A DNA stretch of 64,000 nucleotides from Owenia fusiformis (taxonomy: Eukaryota). The translations under genes were made by a program, and so were the position numbers. The notes under the pieces were generated by a model. That model saw nothing but the letters and a program-made list of their open reading frames with translations. It searched no databases and was not told the origin of the DNA. The stretch covers positions 13,020,001 through 13,084,000 of the forward strand of contig CAIIXF020000001.1 in assembly GCA_903813345.2 (NCBI GenBank), in the 5' to 3' direction. Positions 50,701 through 64,000 of the stretch are shown here, piece by piece (within the stretch, counting starts at the first letter, position 1; every line of letters begins with the position of its first letter).

Positions 50701-53700
50701 TGTCACCCTTGTCAATGAACTCTCCAGCTTTACCTGTAACAAGACATGTTTAATGGAGATTCACATACTCTCAAATCTATCTATAACTTCTAATTTTGTT
50801 CTTGTATAAAAAGACAAAATTTTAAAGGGACAGAGTGTCATATATGTAGATAAATACACATTAATGATTCCGTCAGATTCAATTAAACTTTGATGAAGTT
50901 ATTTAGCATTCAATGCCATTGCTAAACTCTCCCGGTGGTAAAAATATCATAGAAAACCACCAGTATTTTCCAGAAAGCATACTACATGCACTCATTTAGT
51001 ATTGGTGACTGATTATAATTCACTTACCTTCTTCACAAAGACCAATGGCCTCATATGTGACAAGCTCATTTGCAGCAAAACAATCATGGAGTTCCACAAC
51101 ATGTACATCATTAGGTGTAAGACCCGCTTGTTTGTAGCACTTCTCAGCTGCCTTTTTAGAGAGGTCATACCCAATCTGAAAAAATAATTTGTTCATAATA
51201 AATTAAAAATTGCCATTTGTTACAGACACCGAATGCCAACTGCTGAACACCGTCCACAAAAAAGTTATAACAATATGTCACTTGTGGTTCTGACATAAAC
51301 AACAATCGATTATTATTGTTATATATTTTTAATGTGTGTTCTCTATTGTGGTAGTATTTATTCTCATAATCTGGCCCAGCATTCATGAATACTCACCAGT
51401 TTCATAGCACTGTTGTCCTGGAATGTGCTGGGAAGGTCAGTGACCATGGCTTGGGCAATAATCTCCACTGCCTGCGACTGAAGATTGTGCTTCTTAACAA
51501 ACTCCTCACTGGCCAGTATGGCTGCACCAGACCCGTCAGATGTTGGGCTATTGTAATATATAATACATGTAAGAAAAACATATTTAAGACAATTCTATGC
51601 TATAGTAACAAAATGACTTTTTATTCAATGGTCTTTAATTACATCGATTTAGTTAATCAATATAGTCAATGACATAACATGAATATTATTAAAAATTTCA
51701 AAATGAAAATACTATAAGTTATTGAATGATTTGACACGCAAAACAGGATATATTCTGCTCGAGAAATTCCGTATTGGAACGAGATGAAGAAAGAAAAACA
51801 GATATATTGACTACTCATCAAATAATGTAGAGAATAAAATAGTTTATGAAAATGTATCAACTGAAAGACTTACCAACATTGTAGTTTTGTCAATGGGGCA
51901 TGGATCATTGGGGCCTTCAGGATCTGTTCAAGAGTGTATTCATCCTGGAACTGGGAATACCTACAATCACATGCTATACGTGAATCACAAGCAAAATTGC
52001 AATCATATGACTTGTAGCTGAACTTTCTTACAGGTCACTCACCTTTATATTCAAACTTCCACTGATGAAGAGGTACAAGAGATGGGACAAACATAGAAGA
52101 CTCATACAACATATTTTCATTTTTCCTAGACTCCATTAAGGAATTCCTTTTTAAGAGTTACTTAATATATCAAATTAATGCAAATTATATTATGTTAAAT
52201 TGTACAATATCCTTAATGGCATATTTTCTGTTACAAATAAGAGAGTAGAGGACAAATATTAAAACTTACGGGTTATTGACAGAATGTTTGTGGTTCTTGT
52301 ATGCTATCTTTGCAAAATGTTCAGGTTTGGTGCCTGAAAATATAATTGTATTTAATCCATTAGGTCACCAATATTTGAAGATCTGTTCACATTTGATAGA
52401 TTTCAGATATGATAGAGGGAAACATTTCAATGACTGATACAAATGGTATACTTTTTACAATAAGTAAACGTAGTTTTCAGGTATCAAATTAATTTTTGAA
52501 AAACACAATGAATTAAACTAGAAACACATCAACTCCATCCATGGAGTAGCAAGTCCTAACGAACAAAACATATTTTATCAGATCATTCCTCATTTTGAAC
52601 TTTTTATGATACAATATGGTTGTAAACATCCTCCGCAAGCAGGGTTCCAAAATCCAGAATACCTTCTTTCTCTTTACTGAGGTACAAATTCTGGACACCT
52701 GCTTAGGAGGATGGGCAGAAAAAGAAGGCAGGATTTTGTAGTAGAATTGTTTGAAAGTGAGTACAAGATTTTCTGAATGGAATAGACATGGAATTATCAG
52801 CAAAGCATTGTAGCTGCTCAACAAACTCTCCGTGGCTGATTCACAGAATATGATGTCTGTCAATTTCCATTCAAAGAATACAAGTGCAGAAGAAATACAA
52901 AGAAACGACAAAAATAGCCTAATCGCTAACTGGATCACCTGTAGGAATACAAATATTAGTTGTTGCCTCCAAATAACAGAAGATAGAAATTACATGAAGG
53001 GATGCCTTAAGAAGAGGCAGAATAATAGAAAATGTGATGAGATTGAGGATAAATTATATTAATGAACACATACTAGATGAAAAAGTACAGACTATTCAAA
53101 TAAAAGTGGAAGAGAAGTGTGGAGATTTATGCAACCCTCATATGCAGTACATACCATACTTTTCCATATGTTCTCTACCAGCATTGCCAAACATCTGAGG
53201 AGTAATTGGGGTTGACTCAAGACCTCGATTATCCACCATGTTTTGTAAATGTTTGTCCATAGGGTTTGTTCTATCCATGTACTGAGTGAATAAAACATTC
53301 AAATATGCAGTTAAGTAAATGAGTGCTGGGGTATATATGAGGGAGGGGGTATTAGAAAGGTGGAGTGTGACTGAAACACCATCAAGAGAGACCAAACCTA
53401 CAAGTGAAGAAAAAAGTTTCAATTCATTGTGAATTAAACATATATTTCACTGTTCAATGATGGTCTGAGTAAATGTGTTGAAGAAATTAATTGGATTAAG
53501 ATCAGGGTTCTAATTTTCATCGTCATTAAAGGAATATTCCTTGCCAAATCATCTCTCTCCTCATATGGTAGCTATAACCATATATATGCTTGCCATGTTT
53601 AGCAAAACACGCAAAAATGTTTTGATATGGTCAAATTTGATCACTTGGAAATGTGATGCTCAATTCCAGTAAGCTGCCATCTTTTAAAATTTCACACAGG

Positions 53701-56700
53701 AAGCGATGTCATCGACTCTCAACTTTGCATATAGCATTAGGTGAGGAGCTATTAAGAATTACAAAACCAGCTAAATATTCTTTTTCAACTTTGTATCTTA
53801 TTTAATCCTTCTGAAAATCTCTTCTTTTATTCTAAGTTGACAAGCCCTGAAAATATTTTGCACAGAAAGTAATGATCACTTGTCTAGAAGTGATTTTGTG
53901 CTACTTTCCTATACTGTTATGGGCAAGGTTATAGAATTTGAGAGTTGATGACATCACTTCCTGCAAGAAATCTTAAAAGATGGCAGCTCACTGGAAATAA
54001 GCACTAGATTTTTAAATGATCAATATTGACCATATTAAAACATTTTCCCATGTTTTGCTAAATATGGAAACTATATATATGATTATAGCTACCATATCAA
54101 GAGAGAAAGGGTCTGGCAAGGAATATTCCTTTAAGGATTGACAATTGTGTATTGGGCATTTACAGCAGTCAGGTCAGGATGCATTGCAATTTCATTCTGT
54201 ATTCATAAGGAACATTAACAAGATAGTGATGTGGTTAGAAGATTGACAAGTTAACAACTAGTGTGAATGACCTGTTTTGACAAATTGAGAAGGAAGTTTT
54301 AGTTGATCTGAACTTGACACCAACAAACTCTGGACGAGAAAAAGACAAGATGGACATAATGAAGACTTTTACAAATGAACTGGCATCGCATTATAGGCAT
54401 TTACCATGGCCACCGGCTGTTGAACAATTTTTTGAACATGATAAGACATTTTGAGAACTGCTTTGGTGTGAAAGTTAACAGAATTTCAAAAGTTTTTCAT
54501 GAAAATTCTCTGACAAATCTTGACTTTGGGTTTTCCTAATGTCATGTTAATTAATGGATCCCATTTTTGAATACAGTTCTAATTCTTTCCAGATTTCAAC
54601 TCAGACCTTCAATGAAACCAGAAACACTGTCAACCACATATCTTACCATATTTTTTCATATGCTCTCTCCCAGCATTACCAAATAGCTGTGGATTTCTTG
54701 GTCCACTGGTCATTCCGTGAAGCTCTTTCATTTGAGTCACATGCCTGGCCAGTGGCTGAGTTCTATCTGTGTACTGTACAATATCATGGAAACAATCAAA
54801 ATTCTGTTGCAATTCTATGCTAGAGATAATCACTTATTTACATCATTAAGGATAGAAGGATTAACTAAATCCATAATTTTACATTCACAATTTAACAATG
54901 TGACTTGTTTATGTTTTTAACTTAATAAATTCCTTTGGCAGATATTTACCTTGGCAGACAGGGAACCACGCTCCATTTTCTCAAAGCCAAGGGCCAGGAC
55001 ACATTCTGAAAGACCCCCCTCGATGAACTGCCTTGCCATCATAAGAGCTGTGGAGCCAGTAGAGCAAGCATTGTTAACATTATATACAGGGATCCCTGTC
55101 ATTCCGACCTCGTATATGGCCCTTTGTCCACATGTTGTATCCCCATAGCAGTAGCCTACACAAGCTTGTTCTACTTCCTTGTAATGGACCCCTGAATCCT
55201 TCAAGGCTTTAGTAACTGGAAAATAGAGAGTGGACAATGTACTACAACAATAACTTACTATCTAAGTCAATGGAAATGGCTGAGAGAGATTTAAGCAATC
55301 AATTTTGAATCGCTATTGTCCTTGTATCATATTATGTTTCATAGCAAATACAAATATGTGTATCACGGTTTTATTTTACAAATTGATTTCGATCTCATTC
55401 TCTTTACTTTTGATTTACATCAGTGATTTGGTTAATCTCCAGACTAAATGTACCCAGTTAAGTCAATCAGTAGCTATACAACATGTTTTAATTTTCAAAA
55501 GTTATACTAACTTCAATTTTAAGAGAACAATATTTAGATAAGAACATGCTATTGAGTTGTTGAGTATTTAGCCATGGTTGAATATAAAGATTTTAATGTT
55601 AATTTTTAAATACAGGGTGTCCAAAAAAAACAGGACCATAAGAAAGTTGAATAACTCGGTCAGTTTTGCATATTTTGCCTTGAAATTTAGGAATCATTTA
55701 GTTCATTCAATGAGAATTTTGTTCTGAAAGTTTGATGATAATCTGTTTATTTTGTCAAAAACTACAGTCCTTTACAAAACATGCCCAAGGTGGGCACTTT
55801 TCCTCTCTATGCACAAACGAATCCTGCGAACAAAGTTGTTAATGACCCTAACCTATACACATTAATGTGGATGGTAAATATTGGGGTAGTTATTGGCCTC
55901 TTAAGATTGTTAGGGGCCTGTCAGTATACACATTGGCTTTGAGAAATCCTCAAAGATAAAAATTTGGGGGATTTAGATCAGGCAAATGAGCTGCCCATAT
56001 GGTTTGGGTTCTGCAACTGATGAGCTGTCCACCAACGCATTGTCTAAACCATTTCAGCATATCATTTGCAGTGTTGAGGTGTTATTGGTTTGTTGAAACC
56101 ACTGTTTAATTATCTCCTTAGATGTCCCTTCTGGTGCTTAGTGACCTCCAAATCTTGGTGAGAACTTACTGGTCCTTGTTCATGCTGATAGCAAGTCCCA
56201 AGTCACCTTCGACCCAAAAGGGACTGATGATTCCATGTTTCCTCATTGCCACCCAGCGAGTGCATTGTTCAGAATGCAATGGATGCTGTAACACTTCATC
56301 AGGAGGATGTAAGCCCTAGTAGCAATTGTTCTTGGAACAAACTTGTCCATTCAGAAAGACATGTGTGTAGGAGGATCATCAACAGCTTTGTTCGCCGGAT
56401 TGAATTGTGCATAGAGATGAGATTTGCACATTTGGGGCATGTTTTGTAAGGAGCTGTAGTTTTTGACTCAATTGGTAGATTATTATCAAACTTTCACAAC
56501 AAAATTCACATTGAATGAACTAAATAATTCTGAAATGTCAAGGCAAAATATGCAAAATTGACTGAGTTATGCAACTTTCTTACGGTCCTGTTTTTTTTTT
56601 GGACACCCTGTATTTAGATAGGCCTTATAACATATGTTCTGCAAATCTAACAAGGCACTAATGTGACAAAATGTCACCTGGTTGCAATTTTAAATTGTAT

Positions 56701-59700
56701 AAAAAGCATTTCTTAAAGACACTGATGATCCAACTCGAAATTATTAAAGTCACATTGTCCTCAGCTTAATAATAGAAACTGCTAATCTTTTTTTTAGCAA
56801 CATAATTGTGACAAATTGACTTACATCATACAATCATTGACAATCTGTGTTTTAAAGAGATTAAACATCAAATAAAATTATGGAGGTGTGTTAGACTTGA
56901 GTCAAGTAGATCGAAACCTTGAACAGAAAATATAGATAAGTGGTGTTAGAATATAGGACAATCTGAGATCATGAAATGAAGAGAATTTTTGTGCAAAGTC
57001 TGTTGCGTTTCGTTTATCTAAAACTAAAAGATCAATGTTTATTTTGTAGTCCAGTGTTAACCAATAAAACTCCTCTTGGTGACATGTGAAACAATGTAGA
57101 ACTTTTTAAAAAGTGACAAAAGAACTGTGTGAAAAACTGATTTTATTTACAATGGAGTACTTTTTAAGAGGCAGGGATGGGGGTGAGGGACATGATAAAA
57201 AATAAAAATGTAAGTAGGCTACTGACCTGCTTCTAAAGCCATATCTGGATAATCAAAGTTGTCTCGGCGACCAGGTTTTTCAAACTGGAATATATAGCAA
57301 CAAATGGTTAAAATATTATTCAGTACTGACCAGTGACCATATAGACTTTCTTCATCCTAAAAAATATCAACTTGTTTGGGAAGGGGGCAGACTTCAACAA
57401 AGATATTGAGATGCTACATTTCTAGTTCTAAAAAATATTAAAAATAACATGGGTCAATTTTGTTTTCACGTTCAATTTCAAGCCAAACACAAACGTGAAA
57501 GAAAGTGTGCAAAATGTAGTGCCCTCTGTGGGAATCAATGTCCAAAGTCATCAAGTCAATGTCCAAAGTTGGGTGCAAACATGGACCATGTGGGACCTGT
57601 AGGGTCTTCATAAATAAACCATATATTATAAGGTTGGAGACACTCTGACAGTTTAACTCATCAGAATTCTCCTTTTCGCGGTTCGCTCTTTGAATCAGAA
57701 CGTTCGCAAATATGCACTGAAAAAGCACTCAAAAAGGACAAAATTTGATTGGTCAATATTTTCCCACTTTGCATTTCGCGTAGCTATTTGCGTGACACGA
57801 AAGTTCTAAATCAAACTAATTACTCAATTTTGTTTTTACACCCGCACGCTAAATAAAACAATGACACCATCGTAAGTATTCTTCTTTGTCATTGCTTTAA
57901 TAGTCAGTATACCGAGTTTAATCAATAAAAGAATGTACAATGAACAACAAAATTCGGAAACGAGTACTATAGATTTGCTTTCGGACCACTGAACAGATTG
58001 ACCTAGATAATAGCGACACGTCTTCTTTGGTCTACTGCTCAGTTGTTTGTGGGTTTTCAACGTAACTCTATAATGTAATTTGAAGATGAATACTTTTATT
58101 CAGTTGTTGCATCGATGTCGCAGTTTGTAGTGTGGTAAGATTGGCATGAAAGTATTGAAAGTCGAATGGAATTGTTTTTTCCAATATGGCGACTAGTCTA
58201 CTGATCACATGACCTTCTCTTCCGGAATATTTTCTCACTTTTCAATCATCGTTTTCACCACGCTATGAATTAATACAATGAAAAAAATAGCTGTTATATT
58301 AAGATTAATGAGAGATCAATCGTTCGTTTCTAATAATTTTTTCTGTACTCTCGTACGGGAATATGAACGAATATATCGTTTGAAAAATAGGTGTGAAAAT
58401 CCCCATGTTAAACCTATGAGGGAAAATATAAAGTATAAATTTGTTCCTCCGCGAACTGCATCATGGGAAATATTTTACCCTTATAAGGAAAGATTTTCGC
58501 GTCTTCTCTTTTGAAGAGGGAACAACGATTTCGAAAATTGGGGCATCCCCATTTAGTCCAAAGTATGATGCTCTACCAACAGAGATAGCTAAAAACCCAT
58601 TGTAGCTGCGCTGTAGTAGCTAATTCCTATCCAATGTCACTACACAATTCCCCTTTGGATGAATGATGTTCCCTTGGTCATCTCTGCGTGTTTACTTGCA
58701 CAAGAAATCTAGAATAGTGCTAGGCCTAGCAGACATGGCCCACATTTACTATGTGGGTATAACCATAGATATCATGGGCGTAGCACCTATTACGCAAAGT
58801 ACGCTCGGGCGCACCAATATAATGACCCGAGTCTTCTGAAGAATGACCAATACCATGCATATTAGCCTTACAATGAATATCTATCTATAGATTATAAAAA
58901 ATGAAAGTCAAGTGATCAATGCCCTCCTACAGTCGGTTACACTGCTTCAAAGGCAAGCAGTTAAACCTGAAATATAAGAAATCTAAATAATGTTGTGCAA
59001 TAATATATAGAAAAATATATTCATATTGCACACGAATGACATTTGTACAGTATATGTCAGTATATGATAACCAAACCTGTCTGGCCCAGTTATCTACTCC
59101 TGACGTCGTAGATCTACGACTTCTGGAGTAGATAACTATGGTTTGCCAACCTACCCTATGTATGCACGTGTTGTTTACGGGTGTATAGGCATTAATTACG
59201 CCCATGTAAACGTGAAATTACGCCCATGCAGACGTAATTTACGCCCGTGTAGGCGTTAATTACACCCGTTAAGAAGTGAATTCTATACGCGTTAAAACAA
59301 ATACAGGCGTAAACTAACGACGTTAAAATGTTCAATAGCGGGCGTCAAGACATTATCTAACACCAGTTGAAAAATATCTATACGCCCGTCGAGTTCATTT
59401 TAGCGACTTGAATAATGAACCAATCAGCATCTTGCTTACATAATGATACAATGCATTCTAGCTAAAAGATCAACTCCAAGATCCTTGTGCAAGTTAATAA
59501 CATACTCATGATTGTGCCAGGAACAACTGTTGCAATTGAAGGCATATGAAATATTATTTATTTTCTGGGTATCTCGGTGCACTAATTGTGCAAATATGAA
59601 AGATGTACATCATATATTAAATGAGTTATATTCCTGGAAATAACATGTGACGGCTGCATAAAGATTCCAAAAAGTACACATCTCCCTAACACCAAATTTG

Positions 59701-61931
59701 AACATATGTTGGCTAGGTATACTAGGTATATACAGTAGGCTCATCTGACATTTTCAGTACATTTTCAAAAAATGCCAGATCTGCAGGATATAGCTTTACT
59801 CAAGAGTCAATTTGCAGTTGATCAGATACTATAATTCTAGTATCTGAACACATCCTTTAGAGGGATACATTAGCGATCTGACTGTATAGTGAGACTGTAA
59901 CCTGCAATGCATGTGAGCTTAATAAGTCCCTATCTCTGAAGCCGCCGCCTAGATTGGAGAATTATCCAAAAAATCATCGTATTTAGAAACCAAACATGTA
60001 TACCTTCCAAAAATATAAGTTGCAATTTTGTCGTTTCTACAATGGGTGTTGATAACTGCCAACACAGTACATGTCTCTTCAATTTGCCTTTTAATTTGCT
60101 CTAACAATTGAATACTTCTTTGGTTATATCTAACAATCTTGAATGAATATTTAAGGACCTCAATGCAACACACTAAAATGTAAGCAGGCTTCTGATTGTT
60201 ATTTACTTGGGCAAGGATCTTGGAGTTGCTCTTTTAGCAAGGATGCATTAAATCATTATGTAAGTAAGGTTCTGATTGGTTCATAATTTACGGCGCTAAA
60301 AATAAACTCGACGAACTGAAGATGTTTCTCAGCGCGTGTAAAATAACCGTCTTAACGCCCGTAATTAATCATTTTAACGCCGTAAGTCCACGCATGTTAA
60401 GGTGCTATGGAAGTTAACAGGAAATGACAAAACAGGAAGTGACAATTTTTTTTGCATTTTTAGATATTTTTTGAATAAAGATAACAGAGTTCTGGTTTGA
60501 CCTCCAGTCAATTTAACTATTGCCACATATCATTTACATGACCAGGATCACAATGTGCATGGTCAGAATGACCCTAAACATGATGAAATAACCTTTTTAG
60601 CCCTTTGAAAGTGTGACTGAAAAAAGGCTAAAAGTAGGAGCGTAGGGAAGGTCACTGAACAGAATCTTTTGAATTTTTCAGAAAATGTGCCCAATATATT
60701 GCTCTAAATGATACAATCTTTGAAAATTTGATATCATTCATAGAAAAAGAAAAAAAAATGAAAAAACTGATTTGAAAAGCGATCTATTTTCCTTTTTATG
60801 ACCGCCATTTTTGTTTAAGACAATTTTCTAAAATTTCAAAGATTGTACTAGTTAGAGCATTATATTGGGCACATTTTCTGAAAAATTCAAAAGATTCTGT
60901 TCAGTGACTATTCCTACGCTCCTACTTTTAGCTTTTTTTCAGTCTTCAAAGGGCTAAAAAGGTTATTTCATCATGTTTAAGGGTCATTCTGACCATGCAC
61001 ATTGTGATCCTGGTCATGTAAATGATATGTGGAAATAGTTAAATTGACTGGAGGTCAAACCAGAACTCTGTTATCTTTATTCAAAAAATATCTAAAAATG
61101 CAAAAAAAATTGTCACTTCCTGTTTTGTCATTTCCTGTTAACTTCCATAGCACCTTAATGTTATCTGAACGCCCGTAGAATTTACTTCTTCACGGGCGTA
61201 TTATTTAGGCTGTATGACATTTGGAATCAAACCTAACCTAGATCCAAAGCCTGATGCTCTAAGCTACTGACAGAGCTACATAACTTAGCTAGAAAAGATA
61301 TGGACAATAGATCTAAAAGGACAAACTGATTGCAATAAAACATAACAAAATAAAAATGCACAGAATCAAAACAAAAATGACAGGTCCCTGAACCTTGACC
61401 AAGGAGGATTGGCTCCCAGAGTGCACCACCGATATTCTGTCCCATATATGGGTATGTCGTAATACAAAATTCGAATTCAAACAGCCGCCATTTTGTTCAC
61501 TTCAACATTTAAATCGTGAATTTTGGTCTTATTTCCAAACGAAAAATTCCAAAACTCACAAGAAATGATCGAGATATTGGTTCGAATCTTTTGAACTGTT
61601 TATTTTGAATTTATAGTCGGTTTTAATTTCAGAAAATAACGACATTTCGACGTTTTCATTGTTGGAAAATATCGAGTTTCGATCCTGGGAGCCAATCCTC
61701 CTTGAACCTTGACCTAGAATTTTAATTTTCAGATTTTTTCGAAATCCAAACCTAGTTTTCATATTGCTGCAGACTCCTACAAGCATAGTTCATATAAATG
61801 TTACAAGACATTCGTACTAAGTTGATGAGTACTTTCAGTTGTATTCGAGTCCATACAATACACATTTATTGAGAAATTACCTTGGTCATTCCGACACCGA
61901 CAACGAAAACTCTTCTCTTGGGCGCAGACAT
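47782..61931 (-). CDS. SCP2: Sterol carrier protein X / non-specific lipid-transfer protein (peroxisomal thiolase plus SCP2 domain, PTS1 SKL)
   Basis: Exons: 61931-61881 ([17 protein letters not shown]), 57284-57227, 55215-54950 (NNACSTG catalytic Cys), [54773-54647 | 53281-53155], 52333-52270, 51960-51874, 51547-51397, 51175-51028 (ELHDCF), 50733-50626 (GHPLGATG), 49867-49711, 49401-49305, 48872-48740, 48305-48229, 47877-47782 ([15 protein letters not shown]). Confidence 0.95.
49857..50181. repeat. 69-bp tandem repeat (about 4.7 copies) spanning the SCP2 exon 10 acceptor
   Basis: Unit ttgagcaaggcctacaatgaaaggtattagagtttatacatagtgacaatagtcttctatggtagttca; acceptor copies at 49868, 49937, 50006, 50075 and 50144. 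Confidence 0.9.
50457..50595. mobile_element. Small palindromic MITE
   Basis: Outer arms gccttggtcacat / atgtgaccaaggc; inner arms cccggccgattgagt.ttttgttcaa / ttgaacaaaatactcaatcggccggg. Confidence 0.65.
53155..53281 (-). CDS. SCP2: SCP2 exon 4b (canonical-looking copy)
   Basis: 127 nt, AG..GTATG, phase 0-1; [42 protein letters not shown]. Confidence 0.87.
53530..54130. mobile_element. Kolobok-like palindromic MITE between SCP2 exons 4a and 4b
   Basis: TTAA|aggaatattccttgcca ... tggcaaggaatattcct|TTAA with ~190-bp imperfect arms. Confidence 0.8.
54647..54773 (-). CDS. SCP2: SCP2 exon 4a (divergent copy, mutually exclusive candidate)
   Basis: 127 nt, AG..GTAAG, phase 0-1; [42 protein letters not shown]. 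Confidence 0.82.
55613..56610 (-). mobile_element. Tc1/mariner deletion derivative with a decayed (rosa-like) transposase fragment
   Basis: TA|cagggtgtccaaaaaaaa ... tttttggacaccctg|TA with ~180-bp arms. Minus strand ~56105-55915 gives frameshifted QWFQQ..HTAN..LIS..W...[13 protein letters not shown]. Confidence 0.8.
60401..61154. mobile_element. Near-perfect palindromic Kolobok-like MITE nested in an older fold-back element (~59170-61205)
   Basis: TTAA|ggtgctatggaagttaacagg ... cctgttaacttccatagcacc|TTAA with ~325-bp arms and few mismatches. The host element has inverted arms at ~59390-59500 and ~60197-60312 and acgcccgt repeats. Confidence 0.85.
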
Positions 61932-63470
61932 CTTGGAATTTGACCTCAAAGCCCGGATGTGAACTATTTCCAAAGAATATTTTATTAATACGCCAAATTT
62001 AAAGTGTCTTTCAACTTAATCATAAGAGTAAATATGGATTTTAACTTATTAAAATAGTTTCTCTGTATTAATTACATAATGCTGGTTGTATGTATATGGA
62101 CTATTGATTTAGGATAATGATCGAAGGATTTAATTCTAAATCGCAACCATAGAAATAATGGGTAAACTGGCTCAATAACTTTTGGCGCGTTTATTGTTGT
62201 TTTTCTGTACTTAAATTCCCCATTTACTCTTAATTTGTCATTCGGATCACTAATTAATGGTGGCACTCCATATCTACGTATGCTGATCTTACAGTATGAA
62301 AAAAATAAAACAAATCGGCTTGATGAAACATCTGTAACGAGGACTTCATAAGTGAGTATATTTTTTAGAATTTTTTTCAAAAATATTCAATTCCAATGTC
62401 ATATTGTGGTCTAAACTTAGCCTACATTCATATATCATTCATCCTCCGTATTCTTAATTTAACATTAATTGACACAATGTCAAATCCTTGACAGTGCTGT
62501 TTTTAAACTTGTGCTTCCTTCAATCCAATTTAGTCGAAGGCATTGTTAAAAAAAACTCAAAAATGTCCAACTGTTTTGCATTTTTTGAAGATTTGCATGA
62601 AATAAAGGCCCTTGCACATCAGTTCAAACTTTTGTTGGAAATTACTAGAATGAGCAAACCAATTCAAACTCCATTCATATCAAATAGTCGGGTACATTTC
62701 CTAATTAGGATATATATATTGCGAATACCAGTGCTGTCAACCCCCAAAGATTTTCTCACAGGACAGATTTTTTAGACCCAGTGCCCAAAATTTGTGGGAC
62801 ATCTAACTAAATTCGTGGGATTTGCGTGATTGCCCTAGGCCAAATTTTGATCAAATTTGCGGGACCATTCGAGGGACGAACACGCTAATTTCGGGACAGT
62901 TAACAGGGTAACCACCAAAGATTTCATATATAGAGGCATACCGGAATAGCCTGACAACGGTAAAGTCAGATAATGTTGTCACAAATGACCGACATAACTT
63001 TTGCTTCAACTGTTTAATCATTTGGTCCTCATTTCATGGGATTACAGATTTGTTTAAATCTATCTGCGGATCTTTGTAATTTCCATAAAAGTTAGAACTG
63101 ATGAGCAAGCGCCTTATCTAATCAGCAGAATCAAAGAATGGTTGACAAATAGGCTATGTAGAGTGACAACATTACCTCTGTATTCCAGAGCTGTCAAGTG
63201 TCCCGCAATATCTAGCGAAGTCCCGCAAATGTCGGCTTTGACCTCCGCAAATTTCCAAAATTGTTGCAATCCCCTAGGCTTAAGGTTCAGCTGGAAAGTA
63301 ACATTTTGGTAAAAAAATGCTATACCTGCACATGTTATTTTCTGGTTAAAAATTAAGTATGAAAGCATGTGTATATTTCCTTGCTTTTTTTTCAGGAAAG
63401 TATCATTTCATTATCTACTTTGAGTAAACCTGGAAACAGGTCAATGGTAGCTCCTGTGTTGTCTGGAAAC

Positions 63471-63968
63471 TAGGGGTGGGACGGATAACCGAAATACCGA
63501 AAAACCGCGGTTCATAGCCTTCGGATCGGTTTATGGATCACGGCCCTACTTTCGGATCAGCTTTTCGGATCGTTTTCGGATTAATATTTCATTGGTCAAG
63601 TATCAATAAAACAGTTAAAAACACTGTTTTACAGCAAGATTTTTGATATTCCTAGTCCCTACCTTGTCTGTCTTGTCACTTGCTAGCTCACTCGTTTACT
63701 AGATTGGTTTAGTATCCGCGTATTCGTATCCCTCGGTAATCAATCATGTGGTCCCTGGTACTATATTCTTTAGTCGTGTATTCTAAATAATATGTATTGT
63801 TCATGAAATACTATAACATAAAATTCCATCTATAAAATATTGTTATAACAAAGACAAAGCGGCTAATCATGTCAATCAATACAAATCCTTAAAATGAATG
63901 AACCGAACAGAAAAAACCGAACCGACGGCTGATGATCCGAAAAACCGAACCGAACCGTCCCATCCCTA
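63471..63968. mobile_element. hAT-like MITE
   Basis: Termini taggggtgggacgg / ccgtcccatcccta; 8-bp TSD CTGGAAAC on both sides; subterminal accga/tcgga repeats. Confidence 0.85.
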
Positions 63969-64000
63969 CTGGAAACTGAAAGAAAATTTGGAAAAATAGA

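Noticed and set aside
52663-52772. Possible third SCP2 exon 4 copy (AG..GT segment inside ORF 52513-52938)
   Set aside because: No similarity to exons 4a/4b and a different length. At most an unproven poison exon.

Overview
AT-rich animal genomic DNA with intron-rich genes and GT-AG splicing. The gene and transposon content suggests a mollusc or other lophotrochozoan, which is an inference. Five genes can be assembled by hand. (1, 2) Two tandem paralogous minus-strand genes encode secreted CAP/SCP-domain proteins with a Thr-rich linker and sushi/CCP-like modules (15216->7227, and 4249-> past the left edge). (3) A plus-strand receptor guanylyl cyclase of the natriuretic peptide receptor type (16888-~33215). 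(4) A plus-strand GH18 chitinase (37901-43774). (5) A minus-strand SCPx/SCP2 thiolase-sterol carrier gene ending in SKL (61931->47782). The main hidden structure is alternative exon architecture. The guanylyl cyclase has three tandem 110-nt copies of exon 2 (extracellular dimer-interface segment) and two copies of a kinase-homology exon separated by a 42-nt intron, which predicts 3x2=6 mutually exclusive isoforms. Its catalytic Arg is replaced by Thr. SCP2 has two 127-nt copies of thiolase exon 4. The chitinase appears to choose between a GPI-signal C-terminus and a CBM14 chitin-binding exon. Introns and intergenic DNA carry many fold-back non-autonomous DNA transposons (Tc1/mariner, Kolobok-, Transib-, Chapaev- and hAT-like), tRNA-derived SINE heads and minisatellites. 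All gene models are manual and unverified by transcripts.
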